From assembly GCA_045047305.1 (NCBI GenBank), contig JASFYO010000023.1, positions 1 through 33,687 of the forward strand: DNA of 33,687 bases. Reading direction: 5' to 3'. Shown here piece after piece: positions 1 through 10,500 of this stretch (position 1 is its first letter; the number at the start of each line of letters is the position of its first letter). The stretch comes from Planctomycetota bacterium (GTDB lineage Bacteria > Planctomycetota > UBA1135). Both the position numbers and the translations under genes were made by a program. A model generated the notes under the pieces. That model saw only the letters and a program-made list of their open reading frames with translations. It was not told the origin of the DNA and ran no database searches.

Positions 1-32
1 CCAAAGCCAAAAACAAAAAAAGGGAACAGAAG

Positions 33-584
33 ATGGAAGCTGAAACTCCAGTCGAAGAAGGTGCAGTAGAGGGAAGCCTCGAAGAGACCGAGGTCGAAGA
101 CTCGATTGACCCAGAGGACACTCTTGATTACTGGAAGGACAAAAGCATTCGCGCCCAAGCCGACATGCAGAACATGCGTCGGCGCATGATGGACGATACT
201 GAAGAACGCGTCCGCATGCGCCTCGAAGCCCTTCTTAACGACCTAATTCGGGTTGCCGATTACATGGAAGCTGGGCTGAGCAATGTCCCTGAAGGTGTGC
301 AAAAAGCAGAACAGGCCGATGCCTTCCTCGCAGGAATGTCTGCCATCCAGCAAGCCTTGGAAGGCGTCATGCTCGGCCACGGAATGACCTTCCTTAATCC
401 TAATGCTGACTCTGAGTTCAACCCTGAAGAGCACGAAGCCGTGGAAACTGTGGTAGATGCGGAACTTAAGCAACCTCGCTTGGAACTGCTCAGTCGTGGC
501 TACCGCATGGGCAAACTGATTTTGCGCCCAGCGAAGGTGAAAATCCTCAGCCCAGAAGGTCCCGATGTTCCGGAAAAAGCCTAA
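33..584 (+). CDS. grpE: Nucleotide exchange factor GrpE (the frame is open to the window edge, so the true start may lie upstream)
   Basis: Acidic N-terminus; RAQADMQNMRRR coiled-coil motif; FNPEEHEAV and RGYRMGKLILRPAKV C-terminal motifs typical of GrpE. Confidence 0.93.
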   Translation: MEAETPVEEGAVEGSLEETEVEDSIDPEDTLDYWKDKSIRAQADMQNMRRRMMDDTEERVRMRLEALLNDLIRVADYMEAGLSNVPEGVQKAEQADAFLAGMSAIQQALEGVMLGHGMTFLNPNADSEFNPEEHEAVETVVDAELKQPRLELLSRGYRMGKLILRPAKVKILSPEGPDVPEKA

Positions 585-676
585 GTTTAGGCTACTGAAT
601 CTCCCCTATTGCTTTTCCATTCGGGGAACTTATCACCTACGATAAGGGAGTTCCGTTCGTTACGTAACACTCCATA

Positions 677-2374
677 ATGTCCTCACGTCTGCTTAGCCTC
701 CTTTTATTTGCCTTCAGCCTCCTGTTCCTCGCTCCCGAGGCGCATGCTCAGAAGTCTAGTTCCAAGTATCGAGAATTCCCCGCATATGGCTTTGAGTTTA
801 AGCCGCTGAAGGAATTCCTCGACGTCCCTTCCGACCAAGGTCGGAAATCTGCTGGAGTCATCGGCACGCTTAAAGCAGAGCGCGGACCGACTGTGAAGAC
901 CGAGAGCAACGACCGTATCACCTTTAATCCAACTTGTGTCGTCATCAAGATTGACCCCCAGGCGGCTACGACAGATGGCAGTTCGAAAGGCGGCAGCCTC
1001 CGAGGGCGAGTCAATACGGATCAAGCTGGTGAGAAATCAGTCAAAGAATACGTAAGCATGCTTGCGGGACCCGCCCTGCGCCGCGATGAGTTCAAGCTGG
1101 TGGTTCCGGAAGAATCCACGCTTAAGGCCAAAGGGATTGTGGGCAAACGCGAATCCCTAACCACCTATGTGGTTTACGAGCAAGGCGGCTTCGATGTAAT
1201 TTACGATTGTTACACCTTCCAATTGCCGGATTACAAGATCCTCTTCATTTGGGATTACCCGGCCGACAAGAAAATCGCCAAAAAGTGGGGCAAGGCTGTC
1301 GAGAAATCGATGAAGTCCTTCCGCGTGAACATGGAAGATCGCACTGTTTCTACGGTGCGCAAGGTCAACGCGGAAAGCAGTTATGAAGATTTATTGGAAT
1401 TCCATACCCACGATGTGGCGCAAACTCCGGGCTGGCGCTTACTGGAAGTACCTAGCAAGCAGTATCTAATTAAAACCAATAGCGATAACAAGAAAAACCT
1501 CAACAAGGTCATCAAACGCCTTGAAGCTTCACGTCGTTTATTCGAGAAAGACTTTCCACCGAGCACCCCGATTACTTCGATTTCCGTGGTCCGGATTTGT
1601 GCATCCCTAGACGACTTTCAAGCGTACGGACAGGTTAGTGACGGAGTTGCTGGCTTCTTCTCTCCACGCTCTGAAGAGTTGGTGCTCTACTTTGGTGAAG
1701 GTGGAACGGCATCCACCTTCGGGGTTATGACCCACGAGGCCTTCCACCAATACTGTCACTTCCTATTCAATCGCTCCGAGGCACATCGTTGGTTCGATGA
1801 AGGTCACGGCGATTACTACGGTGCTTGGAAAATGAAGGGCAAGGAATTAGTGCCAGAAGAAGACATGAAGGGCGGCTTGGCACGCACTCCTGAAATTAAA
1901 AAAATGCTGCGCGAGGGAACGATTAAACCCCTCAAACGCCATCTGCGCTACAACCACAAAGAGTGGCAAAGTCAAGGCCCTTCCAATGTCAGTTGCTATG
2001 CCCAATCCTTTTCCATCATCTACTTCTTACGCGAAGGCACTCGCGGCAAAGTAAAAAAGAAGTACTGGAAGGAAGAATACGCCGACATCATCCCGAACTA
2101 CATCAAGAACCTGAATGATGGCTTCACCGAGGCTTACGCCGAAATCGTGGCCGATGCCAAGGCGCAACTTGAGGTATTGCAAAACTCAGATGCCAGCTTT
2201 GAAGAGCTCGAACTGCAGCGTAACCGCATCCAGAGCCCTTGGGATTTCTTGGACCGCATCATGCCGCAACGCAAGCAGGAAATCTGGAACCGCGCCATGG
2301 GTGAATCCTGGGGCAAGATTGACGAACTTGAATTTGAGGCTCGTTGGCTAAAGTACATTGACGACGAGATGTAG
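677..2374 (+). CDS. Secreted DUF1570-like gluzincin metallopeptidase-domain protein
   Basis: Signal peptide ending AHA|Q; GFFSP...LV motif; THEAFHQY (HExxH) followed by WFDEGHGDYY and later CYAQSFSIIYFL, the pattern of DUF1570/peptidase MA-like proteins. Confidence 0.7.
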   Translation: MSSRLLSLLLFAFSLLFLAPEAHAQKSSSKYREFPAYGFEFKPLKEFLDVPSDQGRKSAGVIGTLKAERGPTVKTESNDRITFNPTCVVIKIDPQAATTDGSSKGGSLRGRVNTDQAGEKSVKEYVSMLAGPALRRDEFKLVVPEESTLKAKGIVGKRESLTTYVVYEQGGFDVIYDCYTFQLPDYKILFIWDYPADKKIAKKWGKAVEKSMKSFRVNMEDRTVSTVRKVNAESSYEDLLEFHTHDVAQTPGWRLLEVPSKQYLIKTNSDNKKNLNKVIKRLEASRRLFEKDFPPSTPITSISVVRICASLDDFQAYGQVSDGVAGFFSPRSEELVLYFGEGGTASTFGVMTHEAFHQYCHFLFNRSEAHRWFDEGHGDYYGAWKMKGKELVPEEDMKGGLARTPEIKKMLREGTIKPLKRHLRYNHKEWQSQGPSNVSCYAQSFSIIYFLREGTRGKVKKKYWKEEYADIIPNYIKNLNDGFTEAYAEIVADAKAQLEVLQNSDASFEELELQRNRIQSPWDFLDRIMPQRKQEIWNRAMGESWGKIDELEFEARWLKYIDDEM

Positions 2375-2379
2375 TACCT

Positions 2380-3084
2380 TTAGCGCCGGTTGCGGTCCCC
2401 TGCTCCTTCGCGGTCAGACCACCCCAAAACGCTACGTGTAATCCACAAATACGCCTTCTTCCCGGTACGCCGCCAAAGCCGTGCCGGGAATGATGGTTTT
2501 AAGAGAATGGCATGCTCCCTTGGAGTCAAGCGTTGCGGCAGGTAAGTGCGCTTATGCTTTAATAAATGGCGTAGATCCTCTCGCGCTAATAGGCGGAAGT
2601 AGGCGCTGCGTCGACGAAAGACACGGCCAAGCTGTAAATCGATGATGGCGGGTCTGCCGTCATGACGCACCAAAAAGTTAGGCTCTTTGGCTAAATCATT
2701 ATGCGTTATCCCTGAGCGATGCAACTTCGCAAGTAAACACAGAAGTTGATGGTGAAACTCTGGATCCTGCGGCCGCGCCACCTGCATGGGTTCTCCATGA
2801 ATCCAGTTGCGTATCAACACCCCACCCTTCCAAGAGCACACCCGAGGAAAACTGTGCTCTGCCAATGCGGGCATCTGGGCTTGCATAGCGCGCAAAGCCT
2901 TGGCCTCCCGGCTGGCCAGGTAATAGGCCAATCCACGCGTCCACCATGGAGCGCAACGGGTATCCCGCCGCACCACATCCACCGGCCAAGTATCGGACGG
3001 CTCGGCCTCGGTAGAATGTCCTCGCTCTACACGGCCAAAAAGGTCCGACTTCAGGTGTGTCCAACTCCGGTCGCCCTGCGCCAT
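2380..3084 (-). CDS. Protein-kinase-like phosphotransferase (RIO/Kdo-kinase-like family)
   Basis: Catalytic loop HNDLAKEPNFLV and Mg-binding IIDLQLG; LKSDLFGRVE N-lobe. Start reassigned to ATG 3084 (MAQGDRSW) because the longer ORF overlaps lpxB. Confidence 0.75.
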   Translation of the reverse strand: MAQGDRSWTHLKSDLFGRVERGHSTEAEPSDTWPVDVVRRDTRCAPWWTRGLAYYLASREAKALRAMQAQMPALAEHSFPRVCSWKGGVLIRNWIHGEPMQVARPQDPEFHHQLLCLLAKLHRSGITHNDLAKEPNFLVRHDGRPAIIDLQLGRVFRRRSAYFRLLAREDLRHLLKHKRTYLPQRLTPREHAILLKPSFPARLWRRTGKKAYLWITRSVLGWSDREGAGDRNRR

Positions 3085-3092
3085 CGCGACGC

Positions 3093-4391
3093 ATGCTAGC
3101 ACCCGCCTTCGACGTCTTCTGCGAGTTCCTCTACGCGATTTGCGATTTGGTGCTCGCCTTGCCACGCCATGCCTATGCCTTAACCCAACGCAACAAGCGT
3201 TTGGCAGCATTCGATGAGCTCAAGCAAGCCAAGTTGGAGCCGTTGCCATCCTCTTTGCCGGAGCCCACCTTGAAGCTGAAAAAGATCATTCTGAGTTGCG
3301 GTGATGCCTCGGGTGAAACCCACGCGGTACGTTTGCTAAAGGTCTTGCATGCCCGGCACCCTGAATTGAAGGTGTCTGGTTTTGGCGGGGCTCGTCTCAA
3401 GGCTTTAAATATGCAAGTATGGAAACCTCTTGCCGACCTAAACGTCATGGGGTTTAAGGATGTGGCGGCACAACTTCCCATGTTCTTTGCTTCGGTCTAT
3501 CGTTTTGCCAAAGAAATCCGCCTGAACCCTCCAGACGCGGTCATCTTGGTGGACTACCCCGGCCTCAATCGTCACCTACTGCGCATCGCCCGACGTCGCG
3601 GCATCCGAGTGATCGATTACATCGCTCCGCAGCTATGGGCATGGGCGCCATGGCGGGTACGTGATTTTCGTCGTGCGCACTGTCTTCTCACCATCCTCCC
3701 CTTCGAGCAGGATTGGTATCACCGGCACGGAGCGGAAGCCCAATTTGTCGGGCATCCTTTGGCCGATAGTTTGGCTGCTGACACTGCAACTTGGACGCCA
3801 CCCGAGCATGCCGAATGGATTGCAATTCTCCCGGGCAGCCGACGTCGGGAGATCCGCGAGAATCTAAAACTCATGCTGGAAGCGGCCAAAGAATTACAGG
3901 CAAAACGTCCTCAAGTTCGCTTTGTACTTCCGCACCTACGCGCCAAGGTTTGGCCTTTACTGCACGAGTTACTTGCCAACAGCGAGGTCGCTGTGACTCC
4001 GGCACCCGACCACTTCCACGCCGTTTTGCGTCAATGCTCCGGCGCTTGGGTGGTGAGTGGAACCGCAAGTCTTGAAGTTGCTGCGCTCCAAATTCCATCC
4101 GTCGTCGTCTTCCACATGCCTTCGCGCCTTGGTGCTTGGCTCGCTAGCCATGCGCTCACCGTCCCCTTTGTCGGCGCGGCCAACCTCATTGCACGACGCC
4201 AAGTCGCCCCCGAACAAATTGGCCACCACTTGTCCCCCAGTGCATTGTGTTCTGATTTGCTGGAGCAACTGCAAGAACCAGGGCGCAGTCAGAGTCAATC
4301 TGAACTCCTGGAACTTCAAACCACTGGGTTGGCCCCTGGCACGGCGCAACGCGCAGCTCTTGCTGTGGAAAAGGCACTCAGCTCCCCCTAA
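3093..4391 (+). CDS. lpxB: Lipid-A-disaccharide synthase with an N-terminal extension of about 60 aa
   Basis: SCGDASGE, GFGG, LNVMGF, VDYPGLN, YIAPQLWAW, ILPFE, FVGHPL, LPGSRRREI, SGTASLE are the LpxB motifs; start taken at ATG 3093. Confidence 0.92.
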   Translation: MLAPAFDVFCEFLYAICDLVLALPRHAYALTQRNKRLAAFDELKQAKLEPLPSSLPEPTLKLKKIILSCGDASGETHAVRLLKVLHARHPELKVSGFGGARLKALNMQVWKPLADLNVMGFKDVAAQLPMFFASVYRFAKEIRLNPPDAVILVDYPGLNRHLLRIARRRGIRVIDYIAPQLWAWAPWRVRDFRRAHCLLTILPFEQDWYHRHGAEAQFVGHPLADSLAADTATWTPPEHAEWIAILPGSRRREIRENLKLMLEAAKELQAKRPQVRFVLPHLRAKVWPLLHELLANSEVAVTPAPDHFHAVLRQCSGAWVVSGTASLEVAALQIPSVVVFHMPSRLGAWLASHALTVPFVGAANLIARRQVAPEQIGHHLSPSALCSDLLEQLQEPGRSQSQSELLELQTTGLAPGTAQRAALAVEKALSSP

Positions 4392-4426
4392 TTCAAAGTG
4401 AGAACTTCGAACCGCCGGCTTAACCT

Positions 4427-6049
4427 ATGCGTTCTACCCTTGGGCGCACGCCCTGCCTTCTAATCATGCTCTGCCTACTGCTACTCAGTCCACTGTTGGC
4501 CCTACAAGGCCCCTCCGATAAGGAACTTTTTGATTCCTATCTCAACCGCATTCGCCCCGCTCAAATGGCTGATGGCTCTTATGGCGGCAATGTGGTCATC
4601 ACCGCAGATGTTTTGACCGGCATGGCATTGAGCCCACGTGCTTACCGCGTCGATGACGGCCCTTTTGTGCGCGATGCAGTCACTTATCTCCTCGCCCACG
4701 CCGATGAACGCAAAGATGATTGGGCGCGCGACGAGAGACTTGCTTTGGCCTTGATGCATGTCCATCAAGATCGTTATCTGCCAACGGTCCAGAAATTACT
4801 GCGGCGGCATGGCCATCAGCTCTCCGAGTTACAAAGCACGACTCCAGCTGCTGGAACCCCATTTACTTTAAGGAACTTGCCGCAAGATGCTGGACTAGCC
4901 CAAACCGCCCGTGCGCTTGCCGATGCTGGCATCCTGCGCACCTACGGCAACAAAAACAAGTCTGCACCATCCAACCACCCCGACGCCGCTGCACTCTCTG
5001 CCTCCTATGAACGAGGCGTGGATTTCCTCATTGCAGCTCGTGGCGCATCCGGCGTGTGGGAGTTTTTCGGGCAGCCTGAGCCAGGCATCTCCGCCTTGGC
5101 CGCACGTGCATTATTCGGTAGCTCCAATGAAAAGGCACACAAGATTGGTTATGAAGTCCTCGATTTCTTGCTTACCTTGCAAAAGGAAGATGGTTCTATC
5201 CACGCTGGCCGGGTTGCGGTTTACACCACTTCGGTTGCAGTCGGCGCTCTAGTCGATGGCGGGCGTGAAGCCGACATTCCAGCGATTCAACGTGCGGTAG
5301 CCTATTTGCGCTCAGTGCAAACGGATGAGGGCGAAGGCTACAGTGAGGCCGATAAGTTTTACGGCGGTATTGGCTACGGCGGCGATTTGCGCCCGGACTT
5401 GTCTAATCTGCAATACGCCCTGCAAGCATTGAAGGATGCCGATGTCCCTGCAGAAGACCAAGCCTTTCAACGTGCCATTCACTTTCTGAACCGTAGTCAA
5501 AACCGTTCGGAATCCAATCCAGAAACTTATCAAGATAAAGGCGACCCCACTCCAGTCCGTGCGGGCAATGATGGCGGCGCCGTTTACTATCCCGGCAACT
5601 CCCCTGCAGGTACCGTCCACATGCCCGACGGAAGTTTGGTGGCCCGTAGTTATGGCTCGATGACTTATGCCCTGTTGAAGTGTTTCCTCTTTGCTGGAGT
5701 TCCCAAAGAAGATCCCCGCGTTGTCGCGGCAGTGGGTTGGATTAGTGCACACTGGACTCTTGAAGTGAATCCTGGCTTCGACCCCATGGTTGACCCACGT
5801 GGTGGCTTTCAAGGTCTTTACTATTACTACCTCAGCCTAGCGCAAGCATTGGATGCCGCAGAAATCGAGGTCCTTGAATCTGCTGGTGGCGTGCAGCATG
5901 TGTGGCGAGAAGAACTTGGCGCCAAACTTATCGCCGTACAGCAAGAAGACGGGCATTGGGTGAATCAGGATGCACCACGCTGGTGGGAAGGCAATCCGGT
6001 TCTTTGCACGGCCTATGCACTCGGTGCCATGCGCGTGGTGCAAAAGTGA
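4427..6049 (+). CDS. Secreted prenyltransferase/squalene-cyclase-fold (QW-repeat) protein
   Basis: Hydrophobic signal peptide; QW-like repeats (QMADGSY, LQKEDGSI, QQEDGHW); GGIGYGGDLRPDLSN, SYGSMTYA, GLYYYY motifs; no DXDD cyclase motif. The start may be ATG 4466. Confidence 0.75.
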   Translation: MRSTLGRTPCLLIMLCLLLLSPLLALQGPSDKELFDSYLNRIRPAQMADGSYGGNVVITADVLTGMALSPRAYRVDDGPFVRDAVTYLLAHADERKDDWARDERLALALMHVHQDRYLPTVQKLLRRHGHQLSELQSTTPAAGTPFTLRNLPQDAGLAQTARALADAGILRTYGNKNKSAPSNHPDAAALSASYERGVDFLIAARGASGVWEFFGQPEPGISALAARALFGSSNEKAHKIGYEVLDFLLTLQKEDGSIHAGRVAVYTTSVAVGALVDGGREADIPAIQRAVAYLRSVQTDEGEGYSEADKFYGGIGYGGDLRPDLSNLQYALQALKDADVPAEDQAFQRAIHFLNRSQNRSESNPETYQDKGDPTPVRAGNDGGAVYYPGNSPAGTVHMPDGSLVARSYGSMTYALLKCFLFAGVPKEDPRVVAAVGWISAHWTLEVNPGFDPMVDPRGGFQGLYYYYLSLAQALDAAEIEVLESAGGVQHVWREELGAKLIAVQQEDGHWVNQDAPRWWEGNPVLCTAYALGAMRVVQK

Positions 6050-6885
6050 ACAGTCTCCGCCGTGCTCTAGCACCAGATGGGCGTCCACATTGGTTGTGGG
6101 TTTCCGGCGGAGTTTTTTATGACCTCAGCGAAGCTGGCATTGCTGACGACCTAGCTGAGATAAGTGGCATGCTCTCGGAACCGGCACGTTTCCTCGCGCT
6201 TGTGGATGCGGCACCGGAAGCTGCAGCCAGCAATTGGCCTTTACTTCTTCCAGGACGCCCAGGCAAAGCCTTGTGTTTAGGCAAGAACTTCGAAGCCCAT
6301 GCGCGTGAATTTGGCGCGGAACCACCAGAGGAATTAGTGTGGTTTGCAAAATTACCCGACACCTTAATCGGACCAAACGCCGAAGTGCTTATCCCCGAAT
6401 GGCTGGATACGCGCGTCGACCCTGAAGCAGAAGTCGTGCTTTTGATTGGGCGACATCTTCATCGCTCCAGCCGCGACCAAGCCGAAGATGCCATCGTCGC
6501 CTACACCCTTGGCAATGACATTACCGCACGTAAGCAACAAGGCTTAGATCGAGACCGTGGTTGGCCATGGTTACGTGCGAAAAACCTCGCTACCTTTGGC
6601 TGCGTTGGGCCAGCATGGGTGCCGAAAGCAGAACTACCTGCCTTAGAAAGCATCCAACTGCGCGGCCGGGTCAACGATGTGATTCGCCAGGATGCCTCGC
6701 TCGCTGATTTACTGTGGAAGCCTGCCGAAGCCTTAGCGGAGATTTCCCGATGGACCCCCCTCTGTCCAGGCGACATCATTTTCCTTGGCACCCCCGCTGG
6801 AGTAGCACCTATTCATCCTGGAGACGAATTGGTGGTGGAGGCAGAAGGCCTCGGACGCCTAGTCAATCCAGTGCAGCGCGGTTAA
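6046..6885 (+). CDS. Fumarylacetoacetate hydrolase family protein
   Basis: KALCLGKNF..HARE, FAKLP, VDPEAEV, GNDITAR, W.RAKN, GDIIFLGTPAGV motifs; GTG start overlaps the upstream TGA (GTGA). Confidence 0.9.
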   Translation: MNSLRRALAPDGRPHWLWVSGGVFYDLSEAGIADDLAEISGMLSEPARFLALVDAAPEAAASNWPLLLPGRPGKALCLGKNFEAHAREFGAEPPEELVWFAKLPDTLIGPNAEVLIPEWLDTRVDPEAEVVLLIGRHLHRSSRDQAEDAIVAYTLGNDITARKQQGLDRDRGWPWLRAKNLATFGCVGPAWVPKAELPALESIQLRGRVNDVIRQDASLADLLWKPAEALAEISRWTPLCPGDIIFLGTPAGVAPIHPGDELVVEAEGLGRLVNPVQRG

Positions 6886-6980
6886 ACCTAGGGGCCATGG
6901 CCCTATGGACCAACAAGCGCGTCAAGCCTTGCCTACTAGCAAACGACAATGCACTCGTTGCTGAGTGGAAGCTGCATAAG

Positions 6981-7036
6981 AAAAAAACCGTCGACTGGTA
7001 TCCTTTCCAGGAAAGGGCTCCCAACCAAGTCGACGG
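6981..7036 (-). terminator. Probable intrinsic terminator of queF/RND transcription with a branched inner hairpin
   Basis: CCGTCGAC-TGGT (6988-6999) pairs with ACCA-A-GTCGACGG (7024-7036); followed on the - strand by T7 (6987-6981). Confidence 0.6.
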
Positions 7037-7104
7037 CAAAAAATCAGGTTGCTGATATTCTTCGTCCGCACCGACCCAGTGACTTAAGGATTCTTCTGGA
7101 TTTC

Positions 7105-7482
7105 TTAAAAGTCGGACCGCTCCACTCCATCGAGCGTGGCAGGGCGTTCGCCATGACGGGCCGTAATGGTGGTGGCGATACCGCCACGGACATTGAATTC
7201 GCCGCGGACTTCCATCCACACTGGCTCACACGCGTCTGCAATGGCGCCCAGGATGCGATTGGTCACGTCTTCATGGAAGTGCCCCTCACCGCGAAAGCCC
7301 CACAGGTAAAGCTTGAGGCTCTTCAGCTCCACGCAGCGTGGACCAGGCACATAACGTAAACGAATGGTGGCAAAATCGGGCTGGCCGGTCACAGGACAGT
7401 TACAAGTAAACTCGTGGGTCACGCTCTCAATCATGAAGCAACGTTCGGGGCACGGGTTAGGGAAGGTTTCGAGATTGGCCAT
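7105..7482 (-). CDS. queF: NADPH-dependent preQ0 reductase (unimodular QueF)
   Basis: LETFPNP, EFTCNCPVTGQPDFA (catalytic Cys/Asp), ELKSLKLYL (QueF motif), FHE, FNVRGGI; start at ATG 7482. Confidence 0.95.
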   Translation of the reverse strand: MANLETFPNPCPERCFMIESVTHEFTCNCPVTGQPDFATIRLRYVPGPRCVELKSLKLYLWGFRGEGHFHEDVTNRILGAIADACEPVWMEVRGEFNVRGGIATTITARHGERPATLDGVERSDF

Positions 7483-7511
7483 GGTGAAAGGCAGTGCTTG
7501 CCGCGAGTATT

Positions 7512-10500
7512 TTAGCGTACAGACGCCCGCGTAAAGCCATCCTGCACATCCCAACCAAGAGAGACCAGGGCTGGAACCAGCAAGAGCGTAAACAGGGAAC
7601 TCAGCACCAATCCACCAAGAATGACGGCAGCCAGCCCCTGGTAAAGCTCAGCACCAGCGCCTTGCCCCATCGCCAAAGGCAACATGGCGAAACAAGTCGT
7701 GGCGACGGTCATAAGGATGGGGCGCAAACGTGTTCGCGCAGCATGGGCTAAGGCCAAGCGCCGCTCTTCACCGGCTGCGCGGAATTGGTTAGCCTGATGA
7801 ATGATGAGGATTGCGTTGTTCACCACGATGCCGGCCAAAATCACAAAGCCAAGCATCGCTAGAAGATCATAAGAGGCACCAGGGAACCAACGGTCCGCAA
7901 GCGTGATGCCGATGAGACCGCCAGTCATGGCGAGCGGAACCGTCACCAAGATGACAATAGGTTGCATCCACGAACGAAACAAACTGACTAGCATCAAGTA
8001 GGTCAAAACAATTGCTAACCAGAAGGAGTTGGTGAGCTCATCCAAGGTAGTAGCAAACTTGTCGGCTGCGCCACCTAAACGGACATCGTAGCCAGCTGGC
8101 AAGGCAGCTGCAGTGGGCTCGATAAGGTTGGCACGAACATCTTCCAACACCGCCTGCAAAGCAGCATCGGGCTCCAGACTCACCGTTAAAGTAATACCGC
8201 GTTCGCGTTCAATGCGGTTCACACTTTCCGGCCCCGTACCACGACTAATATTGGCCAGGCTGCCTAGATAAGTCACGCCACCAAGAGGTGTCACCAATGG
8301 TAGTTGCTTCAAACTGTCCAAACTCAATAGACGTTCGCCGGAAACTACTGCAACGACATCAATATCGCGACCGGATCCACCCCATGTGCCCACAATACTT
8401 CCCGCCAATGCTGTTTCCACCACCGAGGCCACATCCTGCACACTCATGCCTGCCTCATACGCCCGTGGACCATTGACTTCGACGCGAAACTCTGGCCGCC
8501 CATCAACATAATCATTTTGCACACCAAAGGCTTGCACCCCTGGCCAAGTACCCAGCTTGGCTTGCAATTCTTTCGCCGTTGCGCCAAGTACAGCAAGATC
8601 GGAACCGCGGATTTCTACGGTGAACTGTTTCCCCGAATCGCGGAATAGAGACTGGCGCACTGGCACCATAAACCTAGTTCCGGGAGCACTGAGGCAAATA
8701 GGCAAAAACTTAGCCTGGAATGCATCAAGCGCTGGTCCATTCGCATATTCTGGCTTCAGAATGACACCACCTCCGTTGAACTGCGAGCCAAACACCATAA
8801 AGTACTTGCCAGTTTCTGGTTGTTCCCGAATCCAATCCTCAACCGGACGTAAGGAAGATTCCATGGCCTCCGGGCGGGTCCCAGGAATAGGCCCAGAGAA
8901 AAAGAACACCATGTTCGCATTCCCGTTGGGCAAATAACCTGCTGCTGGGACTAACTTGATGGCGACCACCGAGAGCAAAACTACGATGGCAAGCAGGGCG
9001 GCCTTGATCATAAGAGAGAAGTTACTTCGCCCAGTAAGGCATGCCACCAAGGCGCTGTAACTACGCATGAGTTGACCAGGAGTTTTTGTCGCAGCTAATC
9101 CCTCACGCTTCAGCTTGCGCCCGCGGTATAGCAAGGAGAGCAAGGTTGGTACGACTGTGAGTGAAACCACCAGCGAAAACCCTACGGCGGCAGCAATGGC
9201 AATTGCGAGGTCTGCAAATAGTTGACCGGCTTCTTCTTGCATCCCGAAGATCGGTAGAAACACAGCCATCGTGGTCAAGGTGCTGGCAAGCACGCCCCCC
9301 CAAACTTCGCGCCCACCATCCTCAGCGGCTACGCGCACCTTCTTTCCCATTTCCATATGGCGGAATACGTTCTCCAATACCACTACTGCATTGTCTACCA
9401 CCATGCCAGCTGCAAAAGTCAGGCCTGCAAGACTTACCACGTTAATCGTCCGTCCAAGAATTTCCATTACCAGGAAAACCATGGCCAGAGAAATCGGAAT
9501 AGAAACGGCAACGACTAAAACACTACGCCAAGAACGCAAGAACAGCAGCAAAACTAAAATTGCCAAGCCAGCACCAAGTCGCATGTTGCTCCATACGAAC
9601 TCCAAGGCCTCTTCGAGATAAGTTGTGTCGCGATATACCGGATTAAACTGAAGTTGCAATCCACGAGCAGCAAAGCGCGCATTCAGCACCTTCAACTGTT
9701 CCTCCACACCATGGATCATGGTGACCACATTGGCTCCAGCTTCACGATTCACGCCAATCGCGATCACCCGCTCTCCATTGCCGCGCACAATGCTGCGCAA
9801 CTCACGATGCCCGTCGATGACATCGGCAACATCGCCAATGCGAATCGTGCCTTCGGCATCGCGACGGATGAGGACCTTCGCAATCGCGGCCGGATCTTGC
9901 TCCCGCCCTACGGTACGCACCACGACCTGGCGGGTGGCCGTTTCCACGGTTCCTCCACGGCGGTCTAGATATCCTCGGCGTAAGGATTGAAGTAGTTCCT
10001 GCCAAGTAACCCCGCGCGAAACTAGACGCTCCGGATCGACCTCAACCCGAATCTCTCGCTCCTCACCACCTACGATCATCAGATTCGACACACCATCAAC
10101 GCGGCTGAGTAATGGCTCCACCTCATCGGCAACAAGCTGGCGTACGCGATTAGCATCGTAAGGAGACTCGCTCACGATCCACATCGCGATTTCGATGTTC
10201 ATCGGTGCACTGAGTGAGACCACTGGCTCGTCGGCGTCGGGCGGCAAGGCTTGCAATTGAGAAAGCTTGTTCACCACGTCGACCATCACGCGGTCCTTAT
10301 TCACCCCCCACCCGAAACGCAATAAAACCGTACTGACGCCTTCGACAGAACCACTACGCAACTCCTCCAAGCCACTAATCCCTTGCAACAAATCTTCAAT
10401 CGGCCGTGTGATTTGCTCTTCCACCTCCACAGGACTGGCGCCGCGGTAAGTGGTTTGCACCGAAAGCACCGGTTGGTCAACAGTCGGCTTTAGCTGGACC

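Noticed and set aside
3085..3210. Poly-Arg N-terminal extension of the kinase ORF
   Set aside because: It is the antisense shadow of the lpxB 5' end; ATG 3084 is the more plausible start
6891..6980. tmRNA-like signal: GGGGCC followed by a frame reading ANDNALVA, similar to an SsrA tag
   Set aside because: The nearby GCT GCA TAA is out of frame, there is no tRNA-like 3' end (TTCGA...CCACCA), and the gap is too short for a one-piece tmRNA
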